64,000 nt of DNA from an uncultured Olsenella sp. (GTDB lineage: Bacteria; Actinomycetota; Coriobacteriia; Coriobacteriales; Atopobiaceae). The number at the start of each line of letters is the position of its first letter. The first letter of the stretch is position 1. A program made the translations under genes and the position numbers. Location of the stretch: NCBI GenBank assembly GCA_900314495.1, contig OMVJ01000005.1, positions 26,726-90,725 of the forward strand. Reading direction: 5' to 3'. This document shows, piece after piece, positions 8,630 through 18,360 of the stretch. The notes under the pieces are model-generated. The model was not told the DNA's origin. It searched no databases and saw nothing but the letters and a program-made list of their open reading frames with translations.

Positions 8630-10186
8630 ATGACCCGCAAGATTGCCATCTTTGACACCACCCTCCGCGACGGCGAGCAGAGCCCCGGCGCCTCCATGAA
8701 CACGGAGGAGAAGCTCATCATTGCGCAGCAGCTCATCCGCATGAACGTGGACGTGATCGAGGCCGGCTTCCCCATCTCCAGCCCTGGCGACTTCCGCTCC
8801 GTGCAGGAGATTGGCCGCCTGGCGGGGGACTCCTGCGTGGTCTGCGGTCTGACTCGCGCCGTCGACAAGGACATCGACCGCGCCGCCCAGGCGCTCAAGA
8901 CGGCCAAGCGCCCGCGCATCCACACCGGCCTGGGGGTCTCGCCCCAGCACATTCACGAGAAGCTCCGTCTGACGGAGGACCAGGTTGTGGAGCGCGCCAT
9001 CCACGCCGTCAAGTACGCCAAGCAGTACGTGGACGACGTCGAGTTCTACGCGGAGGACGCCGGCCGTGCGGACCAGGACTTCCTGATCCGTGTGGTGCAG
9101 GCCGCCGTCAACGCGGGCGCCACCGTCATCAACATCCCCGACACCACGGGCTACCAGCTGCCCGAGGACTTTGGCGCGCGCATCAAGAGCCTGGCGGACA
9201 ACGTCATCGGCATCGAGAACTGCACCATCTCCGTCCACACCCACAACGACCTGGGCATGGCTACGGCCCTCGCGCTGGAGGGCGTGAAGAACGGCGCCAC
9301 GCAGGTGGAGTGCACCATCAACGGCCTGGGCGAGCGCGCGGGCAACACGGCGCTGGAGGAGGTCGTCATGGCGCTCAAGATGCACGGCGACGAGCTCAAC
9401 GCCCACACGGACGTCGTGACCCGCGAGCTCACCCGCGCATCCCGCCTGGTCAGCCGCATCACGGGCATGAACGTGCAGGCCAACAAGGCCATCGTGGGCG
9501 CAAACGCCTTCGCGCACAGCTCCGGCATCCACCAGGACGGCGTGCTCAAGGCGCGCGACACGTACGAGATCATCGACCCCGCCGACGTGGGCGCCGCCGG
9601 GTCCGAGATCGTGCTCTCCGCCCGTTCCGGCCACGCCGCGCTGCGCCACCGCCTGGCGGAGCTGGGCTACACCTTCAGGGACGACGAGTTCGACGACGTG
9701 TACCAGCGCTTCCTCGAGATCGCGGACCAGAAGAAGGAGGTCTTCGACGAGGACCTGGAGTCCATGGTCCAGGAGCGCCAGCGCGAGGTCACGGCCGTCT
9801 ACACGCTCAATGCGCTGCAGGTCACGTGCGGTGACCCCCTGGTGCCCACCGCCACCGCCACCATCACGGACGAGCTGGGCGTGAAGCACGTGGTCTGCTC
9901 CACGGGCACCGGCCCGGTCGACGCGGCCTACAAGGCCGTGGACGAGGTCGTGGCCGTCCACGGCGACCTGCAGGAGTTCGCGATCAAGGCCATCACCCGC
10001 GGCATCGACGCCATCGGCGAGGTCACGGTGCGCATCGAGGGCCAGGACGGCCGCATCTACAGCGGCCGCGGTGCCGACACGGACATCATCGTCTCGTCCG
10101 CCAAGGCGTACGTGAACGCCATCAACCGCATGATCACCACCCAGCGCTCGCGCGACGGCAAGGAGGTCGCGGTGGCGCAGGAGTAG
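8630..10186 (+). CDS. leuA: 2-isopropylmalate synthase
   Basis: [23 protein letters not shown]... and [11 protein letters not shown] motifs, plus a C-terminal LeuA dimerisation/regulatory region. RBS AAAAGGAG precedes ATG 8630. Confidence 0.95.
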   Translation: MTRKIAIFDTTLRDGEQSPGASMNTEEKLIIAQQLIRMNVDVIEAGFPISSPGDFRSVQEIGRLAGDSCVVCGLTRAVDKDIDRAAQALKTAKRPRIHTGLGVSPQHIHEKLRLTEDQVVERAIHAVKYAKQYVDDVEFYAEDAGRADQDFLIRVVQAAVNAGATVINIPDTTGYQLPEDFGARIKSLADNVIGIENCTISVHTHNDLGMATALALEGVKNGATQVECTINGLGERAGNTALEEVVMALKMHGDELNAHTDVVTRELTRASRLVSRITGMNVQANKAIVGANAFAHSSGIHQDGVLKARDTYEIIDPADVGAAGSEIVLSARSGHAALRHRLAELGYTFRDDEFDDVYQRFLEIADQKKEVFDEDLESMVQERQREVTAVYTLNALQVTCGDPLVPTATATITDELGVKHVVCSTGTGPVDAAYKAVDEVVAVHGDLQEFAIKAITRGIDAIGEVTVRIEGQDGRIYSGRGADTDIIVSSAKAYVNAINRMITTQRSRDGKEVAVAQE

Positions 10187-10276
10187 CCCGCGGCTGCCCG
10201 CCAACAAACACGCCTACCGTGGCGCGGCCAGACCCGTGCCGCCGCGCCACGCCTTGGAAGGAGACTCAGAAGACCC

Positions 10277-11542
<1,266 letters not shown>

Positions 11543-11604
11543 ACCACGTGCGGGTGTCGCGCGGCTGCCTTCAGCCGTCGCCGACCCCGATTGAGGAGAA
11601 CAAC

Positions 11605-12108
11605 ATGCAGTTCAAGGGCACTGTTTTCAGATACGGGCGCGACGTGGACACGGACGTCATCATCCCGGCGCGCTACCTCAACACGTCCGACCCGGCGGAG
11701 CTGGCCAAGCACTGCCTGGAGGACCTGGACACCACCTTCGTGAAGCGCGTGCAACCGGGCGACATCATTGTGGCGGACCAGAACTTCGGCTGCGGGTCCA
11801 GCCGCGAGCACGCGCCCGTGGCCATCAAGGCGGCCGGCGTCTCCTGCGTCATTGCCAGGAGCTTCGCGCGCATCTTCTACCGCAACGCCATCAACATCGG
11901 CCTGCCCATCATGGAGTGCCCGGAGGCCTGCGACGCCATCAGGGACGGTGACGTGGTGAGCGTGGACGCGGACGCGGGCACCATCACGGATGAGACCACG
12001 GGCCAGACCTTCACCACCCAGCCCTTCCCGCCCTTCATCCAGGAGATCATCAACGAGGGCGGCCTGGTGGCGCGCACCAAGCGCATCATGGCCGCAAAGG
12101 AGGACTAG
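11605..12108 (+). CDS. leuD: 3-isopropylmalate dehydratase small subunit
   Basis: [35 protein letters not shown]. Confidence 0.93.
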   Translation: MQFKGTVFRYGRDVDTDVIIPARYLNTSDPAELAKHCLEDLDTTFVKRVQPGDIIVADQNFGCGSSREHAPVAIKAAGVSCVIARSFARIFYRNAINIGLPIMECPEACDAIRDGDVVSVDADAGTITDETTGQTFTTQPFPPFIQEIINEGGLVARTKRIMAAKED

Positions 12109-12109
12109 C

Positions 12110-13237
12110 GTGGCGAACAAGACGTACAAGATCGTGACCCTGCCCGGCGACGGCATCGGCCCAGAGATCATGGCCCAGGCCAAGCGCGTGCTGGCGGCAA
12201 TTGGCCAGGCCTACGACGTGGACTTCGTTTGCCAGGATCATCTCATCGGCGGCGCGGCCATAGACGCGACGCGTGCCGCGGGCGAGGAGGTCACGGCGCT
12301 GCCTCAGGCCACGCTCGATGCTGCCAAGGCGGCTGACGCCGTGCTGCTGGCGGCCGTCGGCGGGCCCAAGTGGGATGACCCCACCAGTCCCGTCCGACCG
12401 GAGCAGGGGCTTCTGGGCATTCGCAAGCAGCTGGGCCTCTACCTCAACCTGCGGCCGGTGCGCGTGTACCAGGCGCTCATCGGGGCCAGTACCCTCAAGC
12501 CGGAGGTTCTCAACGGCTCTGACCTGCTGATCGTTCGCGAGCTGACCGGTGGCCTCTACTTTGGCCGCCACGACCGCGAGCACAACGTGGCGGGTGCCGC
12601 GTACGGTGGCGGCACGGGCCAGAAGGCCGTGGACTCCATGGAGTACTCCGAGTACGAGGTAGAGCGCGTGGTGCGCTGGGCCTACGACGCCGCCATGCGC
12701 CGGAAGCGCCACGTCATCTCCGTTGACAAGGCCAACGTGCTGGAGACCAGCCGCCTGTGGCGCGAGGTCACCCACCGCATCGCGGCCGAGTACCCCGATG
12801 TGAAGAGCGAGGACATGCTGGTGGACAACACGGCCATGCAGCTGGTGGCCAATCCGCGCCAGTTTGACGTGCTGGTGACGGAGAACACCTTCGGTGACAT
12901 CCTGTCTGACGAGGCCTCCATGCTCACGGGCTCGCTGGGCATGTTGGCCAGTGCCTCTTTGGGCGACGGCACGGCCTTGTACGAGCCCAGCCACGGGTCC
13001 GCGCCGGACATCGCGGGACGCGGCATCGCCAACCCGCTGGCGCAGATTCTCTCCGTGGAGCTGATGCTGCGCTACAGCTTCCAGATGGACGAGGCGGCAA
13101 ACGCGCTTGCTGCCGCGGTGGAGGGCGTGCTGGACGACGGCTGGCGCACCGTGGACATTGCGGATGCGTCCACGCCCCAGGACCGCATCCTGGGCACGGA
13201 GGCCATGGGTACCAAGGTCATCGACGCCCTTGCATGA
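12110..13237 (+). CDS. leuB: 3-isopropylmalate dehydrogenase
   Basis: VTLPGDGIGPEI, NTFGDILSDEASMLTGSLGMLASASL. GTG start lies 2 nt after the leuD stop. Confidence 0.93.
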   Translation: MANKTYKIVTLPGDGIGPEIMAQAKRVLAAIGQAYDVDFVCQDHLIGGAAIDATRAAGEEVTALPQATLDAAKAADAVLLAAVGGPKWDDPTSPVRPEQGLLGIRKQLGLYLNLRPVRVYQALIGASTLKPEVLNGSDLLIVRELTGGLYFGRHDREHNVAGAAYGGGTGQKAVDSMEYSEYEVERVVRWAYDAAMRRKRHVISVDKANVLETSRLWREVTHRIAAEYPDVKSEDMLVDNTAMQLVANPRQFDVLVTENTFGDILSDEASMLTGSLGMLASASLGDGTALYEPSHGSAPDIAGRGIANPLAQILSVELMLRYSFQMDEAANALAAAVEGVLDDGWRTVDIADASTPQDRILGTEAMGTKVIDALA

Positions 13238-13265
13238 CAAAAGGGGACGTTTCCCTTTTGACACG
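13235..13265. repeat. Type-B repeat unit (TGACAAAAGGGGACGTTTCCCTTTTGACACG)
   Basis: It shares the core GGGGACG..CCTTTTG with the type-A repeat. Its first 3 nt are the leuB TGA stop. It can fold as CAAAAGGGGA/TTTCCCTTTTG. Confidence 0.85.
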
Positions 13266-13300
13266 TACATTCTGCCTCATCAGATATCCGGCGTTAGCTT

Positions 13301-13340
13301 GTCGCCCCTCTCCAATGAAGGTTGGAGAGGGGCGACGTTT
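13301..13340 (+). terminator. Strong hairpin after the leu operon
   Basis: GTCGCCCCTCTCCAA-tgaagg-TTGGAGAGGGGCGAC is a perfect 15-bp stem, followed by GTTT (weak T-tract). Confidence 0.6.
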
Positions 13341-13366
13341 GCATGGCATAATCTCGATGAAATCTG

Positions 13367-13389
13367 ACTTGTTATGCAACATAACAAGT
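13367..13389. promoter_or_regulatory. Perfect palindrome ACTTGTTAT-GCAAC-ATAACAAGT; candidate GntR-type operator upstream of the C-S lyase gene
   Basis: It lies 66 nt upstream of ATG 13455. The same 9-mer ATAACAAGT and half-site ACTTGTT recur at 16696-16731, next to the GntR gene. Confidence 0.45.
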
Positions 13390-13454
13390 GGGACAATCCC
13401 CACTAGCGTGCGTACAGGCACGGAGCAGCCAATCGCAGTATCAAGGGGGAAGGC

Positions 13455-14639
13455 ATGGACACAGATTTCGACAAGGGAGTAGACCGCATTGGCACCGCGT
13501 GCATCAAGTGGGACTTCCGTCAGCAGGAGCTTGGCAATCCGGATGTCCTGCCCTTCTCGATTGCGGACGCCGACTTCCCCATGTGCCGGGTGGTGGCGGA
13601 CGCGCTTCATGCACGCATAGACCGAGGCGTGCTGGGCTACACGGACCTGGACGAGGCCTATCTCTCGTCGGTCGTGCGCTGGTTCGACAAGCGCCATGAT
13701 TGGAAGATCCAGCCGGAATGGATCACCTCCACGTCAGGCGTGGTGCCTGCGGTGAACGCTGCCATTGCGGCCTTCCTGAAGCCGGGCGACAAGGTCGTTT
13801 CTCAGACGCCTCTGTACGACCCCTTCGAGTCCGTTATCGCAGCCAACGGCTGCGTCAGCGTTCACAATGAGCTCGTGCGCGAAGGGAACGGCAGTTACCG
13901 CATGGGCTTCGACGACCTGGAGCGCAAGCTCGCCGACGGTGCCTCGATGCTGCTGGTCTGCAGTCCGCACAACCCCGTGGGGCGCGTGTGGTCCGAAGAA
14001 GAGCTGACGCGCGTCCGAGACCTGTGCAGGGCGTACGGCGTGATTCTCGTCTCTGACGAGATCCATTGGGATCTTATTATGCCTGGATATAAGCATGTGA
14101 CCCTAGGTGTCCTGACGGACGAGAGCGACCGGGTGGTCATATGCACCGCGCCGAGCAAGACCTTCAACATCGCCGGTCTTGAGACCTCGAACATCGTGAT
14201 TGCGAACGCTTTGCTACGTGAGAAATACCAGGGCTGGCTGTACTCGCGCTACATGTTCTGCGCGAACACCTTGGGTCTCACCGCCTGTGCGGCTGCCTAC
14301 GACGGCGGGGCCCAGTGGGTGGACGAGCAGAACCAGTACCTCGCGAGCAATGCCGAGCTGGTCCGGGAGTTCATGCGGCAGCGCGTTCCGGAGGCGGTGG
14401 TCACGCCCCTGGAGGGAACCTACCTCATGTGGATTGACCTAACCTTCCTGGGGCGGACGTCTGGGGAGCTGGTGGCCGCCATCCTCAACAGGGGTGCCGG
14501 CGTGAACAGTGGTGCCCACTACGGTCGTGGCGGGGAGGGCTTTATCCGCCTGAACATCGCGTGTCCCAGGCGTCAGCTGATTCAGGGCTTGGAGTCCATA
14601 GCCTCCGCCGTGGCGGAGCTGAGGGGCGTGCGCGCATGA
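13455..14639 (+). CDS. PatB/MalY-type PLP-dependent C-S beta-lyase (class I/II aminotransferase fold)
   Basis: N-terminal IGTACIKWDF, SPHNPVGRVW, and APSKTFNIAG (PLP lysine) are typical of the MalY/PatB subfamily. Confidence 0.8.
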   Translation: MDTDFDKGVDRIGTACIKWDFRQQELGNPDVLPFSIADADFPMCRVVADALHARIDRGVLGYTDLDEAYLSSVVRWFDKRHDWKIQPEWITSTSGVVPAVNAAIAAFLKPGDKVVSQTPLYDPFESVIAANGCVSVHNELVREGNGSYRMGFDDLERKLADGASMLLVCSPHNPVGRVWSEEELTRVRDLCRAYGVILVSDEIHWDLIMPGYKHVTLGVLTDESDRVVICTAPSKTFNIAGLETSNIVIANALLREKYQGWLYSRYMFCANTLGLTACAAAYDGGAQWVDEQNQYLASNAELVREFMRQRVPEAVVTPLEGTYLMWIDLTFLGRTSGELVAAILNRGAGVNSGAHYGRGGEGFIRLNIACPRRQLIQGLESIASAVAELRGVRA

Positions 14640-15898
14640 GCCTTACCCAAAAGCACTGTTACCCCTGGCTGCTGGTCGTCCTGCTGTCCCTGATGGGCAT
14701 CTGCTTCCCGGCGGCCGTCACCCAGTTCAGCATGGTGACCAACGAGCTGGCGGGGGTCATGGACGTCCCTCGGCAGACGGTACTTCTCGCAGACACCATG
14801 CGTGCCGTCTGCCTGGTCACCGGCATGTTCCTCTCCAGTGCTATATACAGCAAGCTGGGCCTCAGACGCACGATTCTGTTGGGGGTCTTCTTTCAGGTGG
14901 GGTCTCAGTTCTTGGTTCCCGTGGCTGTGACGCTTCACAACTTGCCTCTCTTCTTCGCGTTCAAGGCCATGCAGGGCCTCAATGCAATCGCGTTCCCCCT
15001 GTACCTGGCCGTGATCACGCAGTGGATAACCCCCAGCGCCAGCGGGCTCGCAACCGCCATCTTCAACGGGAGCTTTTCGGCGGGTGCTGGTGTCGGTGCG
15101 TGGGTGGTGGGGAAGATCGTGCCCGCCTTTGGCTGGCGCGCCTCCTTCTACATCGTGGGCTGCATGTGCCTGGTGACGGCGATTCCAGTGCTTCTCGTGG
15201 TGCGCGAGAACCCGGCCTTCCACAAGCTGGCCGAGGGAGGGGCGGCACAGGACAAGCCGACCGGAAGGGTCGGCTACGCGGATATTCTGAGGAAGCCCGT
15301 CACCTGGATGCTGGTCATCACTCTTGTTGCGAACACGTGGGTCACGCAGGCGGTTACCGTTGACTTGTCGGTGTATGCCCAGGAGATTGGCTACTCGTAC
15401 GGTCAGGCGGGAAACCTGATGCTATGCATCAGTGTCATCACCGTGGTCTCGTCCATCTTGGGCGGAGCCGTGTCGGACTACTTTGCCTCCAAGTCGCCTC
15501 GCCCCCTGCGTGCCAGGAGCATCGTGCTTCTTTCTGGCTACGTTCTGAGCGCCGTCGCCGCGGTCGCCCTGCCTGCGACTGCGGGGCGGGGCATCGCCGC
15601 CCTCTCGCTCTCGTCCTGCGCAATGATGTTCGGCGCCTCGTGGTCCGCAGGGGTGTTCTGGGCGCTCCCGGGCATGGTCTATTCCCCGCGCGAGCTGGTC
15701 AGCGCAACCTCCTTCTGCTCGGGTGCGTCCAACGTGCCCAACCCCATTGCGCCGGCGGTGGTCGGCGTGCTCTTGGGTACGTCCGGCCACTGGACTGCCG
15801 GATGGTTCACCTGCGGTGCAGCCTCCGTGCTCAGCGTCGTCGCCGCGCTCTACATTGCCTCCCTAAAGACGGTATCGTATGTCGAAGGGCAACAATGA
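14636..15898 (+). CDS. MFS transporter
   Basis: About 12 predicted TM segments. ATGA overlap with the lyase stop. Confidence 0.75.
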   Translation: MSLTQKHCYPWLLVVLLSLMGICFPAAVTQFSMVTNELAGVMDVPRQTVLLADTMRAVCLVTGMFLSSAIYSKLGLRRTILLGVFFQVGSQFLVPVAVTLHNLPLFFAFKAMQGLNAIAFPLYLAVITQWITPSASGLATAIFNGSFSAGAGVGAWVVGKIVPAFGWRASFYIVGCMCLVTAIPVLLVVRENPAFHKLAEGGAAQDKPTGRVGYADILRKPVTWMLVITLVANTWVTQAVTVDLSVYAQEIGYSYGQAGNLMLCISVITVVSSILGGAVSDYFASKSPRPLRARSIVLLSGYVLSAVAAVALPATAGRGIAALSLSSCAMMFGASWSAGVFWALPGMVYSPRELVSATSFCSGASNVPNPIAPAVVGVLLGTSGHWTAGWFTCGAASVLSVVAALYIASLKTVSYVEGQQ

Positions 15899-15913
15899 GA
15901 CCGGAGGTACGGC

Positions 15914-16609
15914 ATGGCATCCCGAAATACTCCCCTTTATGAGCAGGTGGTCAGGGAACTGAGGAACCAGATCATCTCGGGGCGGTACAAGAAGGGGGAG
16001 CCCTTGCCGTCGGAGAAGGAACTCATAGACTCCATGGGGGTCAGTCGCATCACTGTTCGGCGCGCCATCCATATCCTCTCGGAGATGGGCCTCATCGAGA
16101 CCAACCAGGGCAAGAACAGCGTTGTGGTCTTCGATGCGGAGTCGGTTGCCGAGGACCAGAGCCTGGCGGCATATGTGGACGAGTACGTGGAGAACTTTCA
16201 TGCCGTCGAGCAAATCAGGCTCATGCTGGAGCCAGAAGTCGCACGCCAGGTGGCGAAGACAGCGTCAGAGAAGGACGTTGCCCGACTGGAGGCCGCGCTA
16301 AGAGGTGGGGAGGCGTCGCAAGACGCGGCTGTCTCGAATGACTTCCATCGGGCGCTGATCGAGGTGTTGGCCAACGGCGAGTTGCTCCAGATATACGACC
16401 ACCTAATCAGCATGGAGGAGGGCCATGCCCCGCGGGGTGTTCTCTCGCCCGAGAAGCAGGACGAGATATCGGCCCAGGTGCTTGAGCAGCATAAGCGCAT
16501 CATGCGTGCCATTCGCGAGCACGACCCGGAGTTCGCCTACTTCTATATGAAGGACCACCTGCGCTTCGTGGCGCAGATCTATGAGAGGCACTTCCATTAC
16601 CTGCAGTAG
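15914..16609 (+). CDS. GntR-family transcriptional regulator (FadR/FCD subfamily)
   Basis: The winged-HTH LPSEKELIDSMGVSRITVRRAIHILSEMGLIETNQGK plus a helical C-terminal domain. Confidence 0.85.
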   Translation: MASRNTPLYEQVVRELRNQIISGRYKKGEPLPSEKELIDSMGVSRITVRRAIHILSEMGLIETNQGKNSVVVFDAESVAEDQSLAAYVDEYVENFHAVEQIRLMLEPEVARQVAKTASEKDVARLEAALRGGEASQDAAVSNDFHRALIEVLANGELLQIYDHLISMEEGHAPRGVLSPEKQDEISAQVLEQHKRIMRAIREHDPEFAYFYMKDHLRFVAQIYERHFHYLQ

Positions 16610-16692
16610 CCCAGTGCTCCAACCTCCATACTAGGTTGTCTTCGTATATAACAACGTAACCATTTATTAACCGCGTTTATGGAATATCTATG

Positions 16693-16731
16693 TTGACTTG
16701 TTGGAACTTGTTGTTATATTCAATAACAAGT
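16693..16731 (+). promoter_or_regulatory. Candidate promoter (TTGACT-16 nt-TATATT) overlapped by ACTTGTT...AACAAGT inverted repeat
   Basis: -35 TTGACT at 16693-16698 and -10 TATATT at 16715-16720. Direct ACTTGTTG repeats at 16696 and 16706. Inverted repeat 16706-16712 / 16725-16731. ATAACAAGT (16723-16731) is identical to 13381-13389. Confidence 0.45.
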
Positions 16732-16790
16732 TAGGAGTTCCGAGAAGCCAGAGAGGGAATCGGGACGGGAAGAAAGTGGAGGGGAAGGTA

Positions 16791-17504
16791 ATGAGCGAGG
16801 TCGTGGCAAACGTCACCCGGGTTGTGTGGCCATTCGCCTGCATCCTGCTGGGGTTCGTCTGTGTGCAGGCGCTGCTCTTCATGAGGAACGCTCTGAAGTT
16901 CAACAGGAAGCACAACCTCTACAGCAAGGAGGAGCTGCGCGAGATCGGCAAGATCAGCTCGGTGGCGACCATCGGACCATCGCTTTCCGTGGTCGTGGTT
17001 GTCATTGCCATGATCAACCTGGTTGGCCCCGCGGTCACCTGGATGCGCACGGGCGTCATCGGCGCCGCCGACTATGAGCTGTGGCTCGCAAACGTGGTGA
17101 CGGATGCCTTGGGCGTGGAGCTTGGCGGCCAGGGCTTCACTGAGGGCGTGTTCGTTTGCTGCATCTTCGGCATGATCCTGGGCAGCGCTCCCTACATGCT
17201 GAACCTGATCTTCTCCCTGAAGCCCATGGACAAGCTGGCCACCAAGCAGGCAACCAAGAAGCACTCCTTCCTGCCCATCCTGGGCATGACTGCCGAGCTC
17301 GGCTTCATGGGCTACTGGGGTCTGAACACGGCCACGGACTCGGTGGCGAACACCGCGGGCATCTTTGCCGGCCTTGGCACCTCGCTGCTGATCTCTTGGA
17401 TCATCCAGAAGACCGGCGCGGAGAAGCTGGGCGACTGGGTGCTTGGCATCGCGCTCATCGGCGGCATGGCCGCCGCCACCATCGTCGACACCCTGGTTGC
17501 GTAG
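16791..17504 (+). CDS. Multi-pass membrane protein, family not recognised
   Basis: RBS GGAGGGGAAGG precedes ATG 16791. About 6 hydrophobic segments. It is in an operon with the next membrane protein and the dipeptidase. Confidence 0.6.
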   Translation: MSEVVANVTRVVWPFACILLGFVCVQALLFMRNALKFNRKHNLYSKEELREIGKISSVATIGPSLSVVVVVIAMINLVGPAVTWMRTGVIGAADYELWLANVVTDALGVELGGQGFTEGVFVCCIFGMILGSAPYMLNLIFSLKPMDKLATKQATKKHSFLPILGMTAELGFMGYWGLNTATDSVANTAGIFAGLGTSLLISWIIQKTGAEKLGDWVLGIALIGGMAAATIVDTLVA

Positions 17505-17519
17505 GAGAGGAGAGCCACC

Positions 17520-18266
17520 ATGGATGAGAACAAGACTGCTGCCACCGCAGATTCCGCCGAGGAGGAGGCCATTCGCGAGGACTTCAACGGGCCTTATTCC
17601 ACGAGGGTCCACCGCATTGGCCGCACTACCCTCTGCATCGCTCTGGTTCTGAGCTTCCTGCCCGTCTTCTACATGTACTTCGTGAAGGGTTGGCAGGTCG
17701 CCGGCTACTACTACGTGACCGTTGCCGCAACGCTTTTCGCGCTCTGCATAGGCATGTGGATCACGGAGCCGCTGATTTACTACCCCATGCTGGGCGCCGC
17801 TGGCACGTACATGTCCTACCTTGCGGGCAACTGCAAGAACGTCCGCCTGCCGGTTCAGCGCTCCGTTCTCAAGCGCTTTGGCGTAGACGCCAACACCCCG
17901 CGTGGGCAGATTCTCAGCGCGTATTGCATTGGCTTCTCCGTCTTCGTCAACCTGATCATCCTGACCATCGTCATCCTGACCGGCAGCTATTTCGTACCCC
18001 TGCTGCCTCCCGTCATCCTCAAGGCCCTCTCGTACGTCATTCCCGCCCTCATTGGTACGCTGCTCTCCTTCCGCGTTGAGGAGTCTGGCTGGAAGAAGAC
18101 CCTGATCTGGCTCATTCCGTCGGTCATCATCTGGTTTGTGATCAAGAACCTGGGCATCGAGTGGCTCAGCGACATTGGCGAGGCCACGTCCATCGGCATC
18201 ACCATCCTCCTTGGTTACCTGTACTTCCGCAGCAAGCGTGGCAAGGAGGAAGCGGAAGAGGCGTAG
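17520..18266 (+). CDS. Multi-pass membrane protein, family not recognised
   Basis: RBS AGGAGAGGAG. Acidic N-terminus, then about 6 TM segments and a charged C-terminal tail. Confidence 0.6.
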   Translation: MDENKTAATADSAEEEAIREDFNGPYSTRVHRIGRTTLCIALVLSFLPVFYMYFVKGWQVAGYYYVTVAATLFALCIGMWITEPLIYYPMLGAAGTYMSYLAGNCKNVRLPVQRSVLKRFGVDANTPRGQILSAYCIGFSVFVNLIILTIVILTGSYFVPLLPPVILKALSYVIPALIGTLLSFRVEESGWKKTLIWLIPSVIIWFVIKNLGIEWLSDIGEATSIGITILLGYLYFRSKRGKEEAEEA

Positions 18267-18360
18267 GCCTTCAGGCCGCAGCGAACTCGGGGGGTGCGAT
18301 GAAGTGGCTTCGTCGTGCCCCTCTCTGTTTGGAATACGTTGCTTGGGAAGGGGCAGTGGC

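Noticed and set aside
8560-8630. T-box riboswitch upstream of leuA (GGTACC resembling the T-box core GGUGGUACCGCG)
   Set aside because: Only a 6-nt match was found. There is no specifier-loop/AG-bay architecture that I can trace, and the only good terminator lies upstream of this segment rather than downstream of it.
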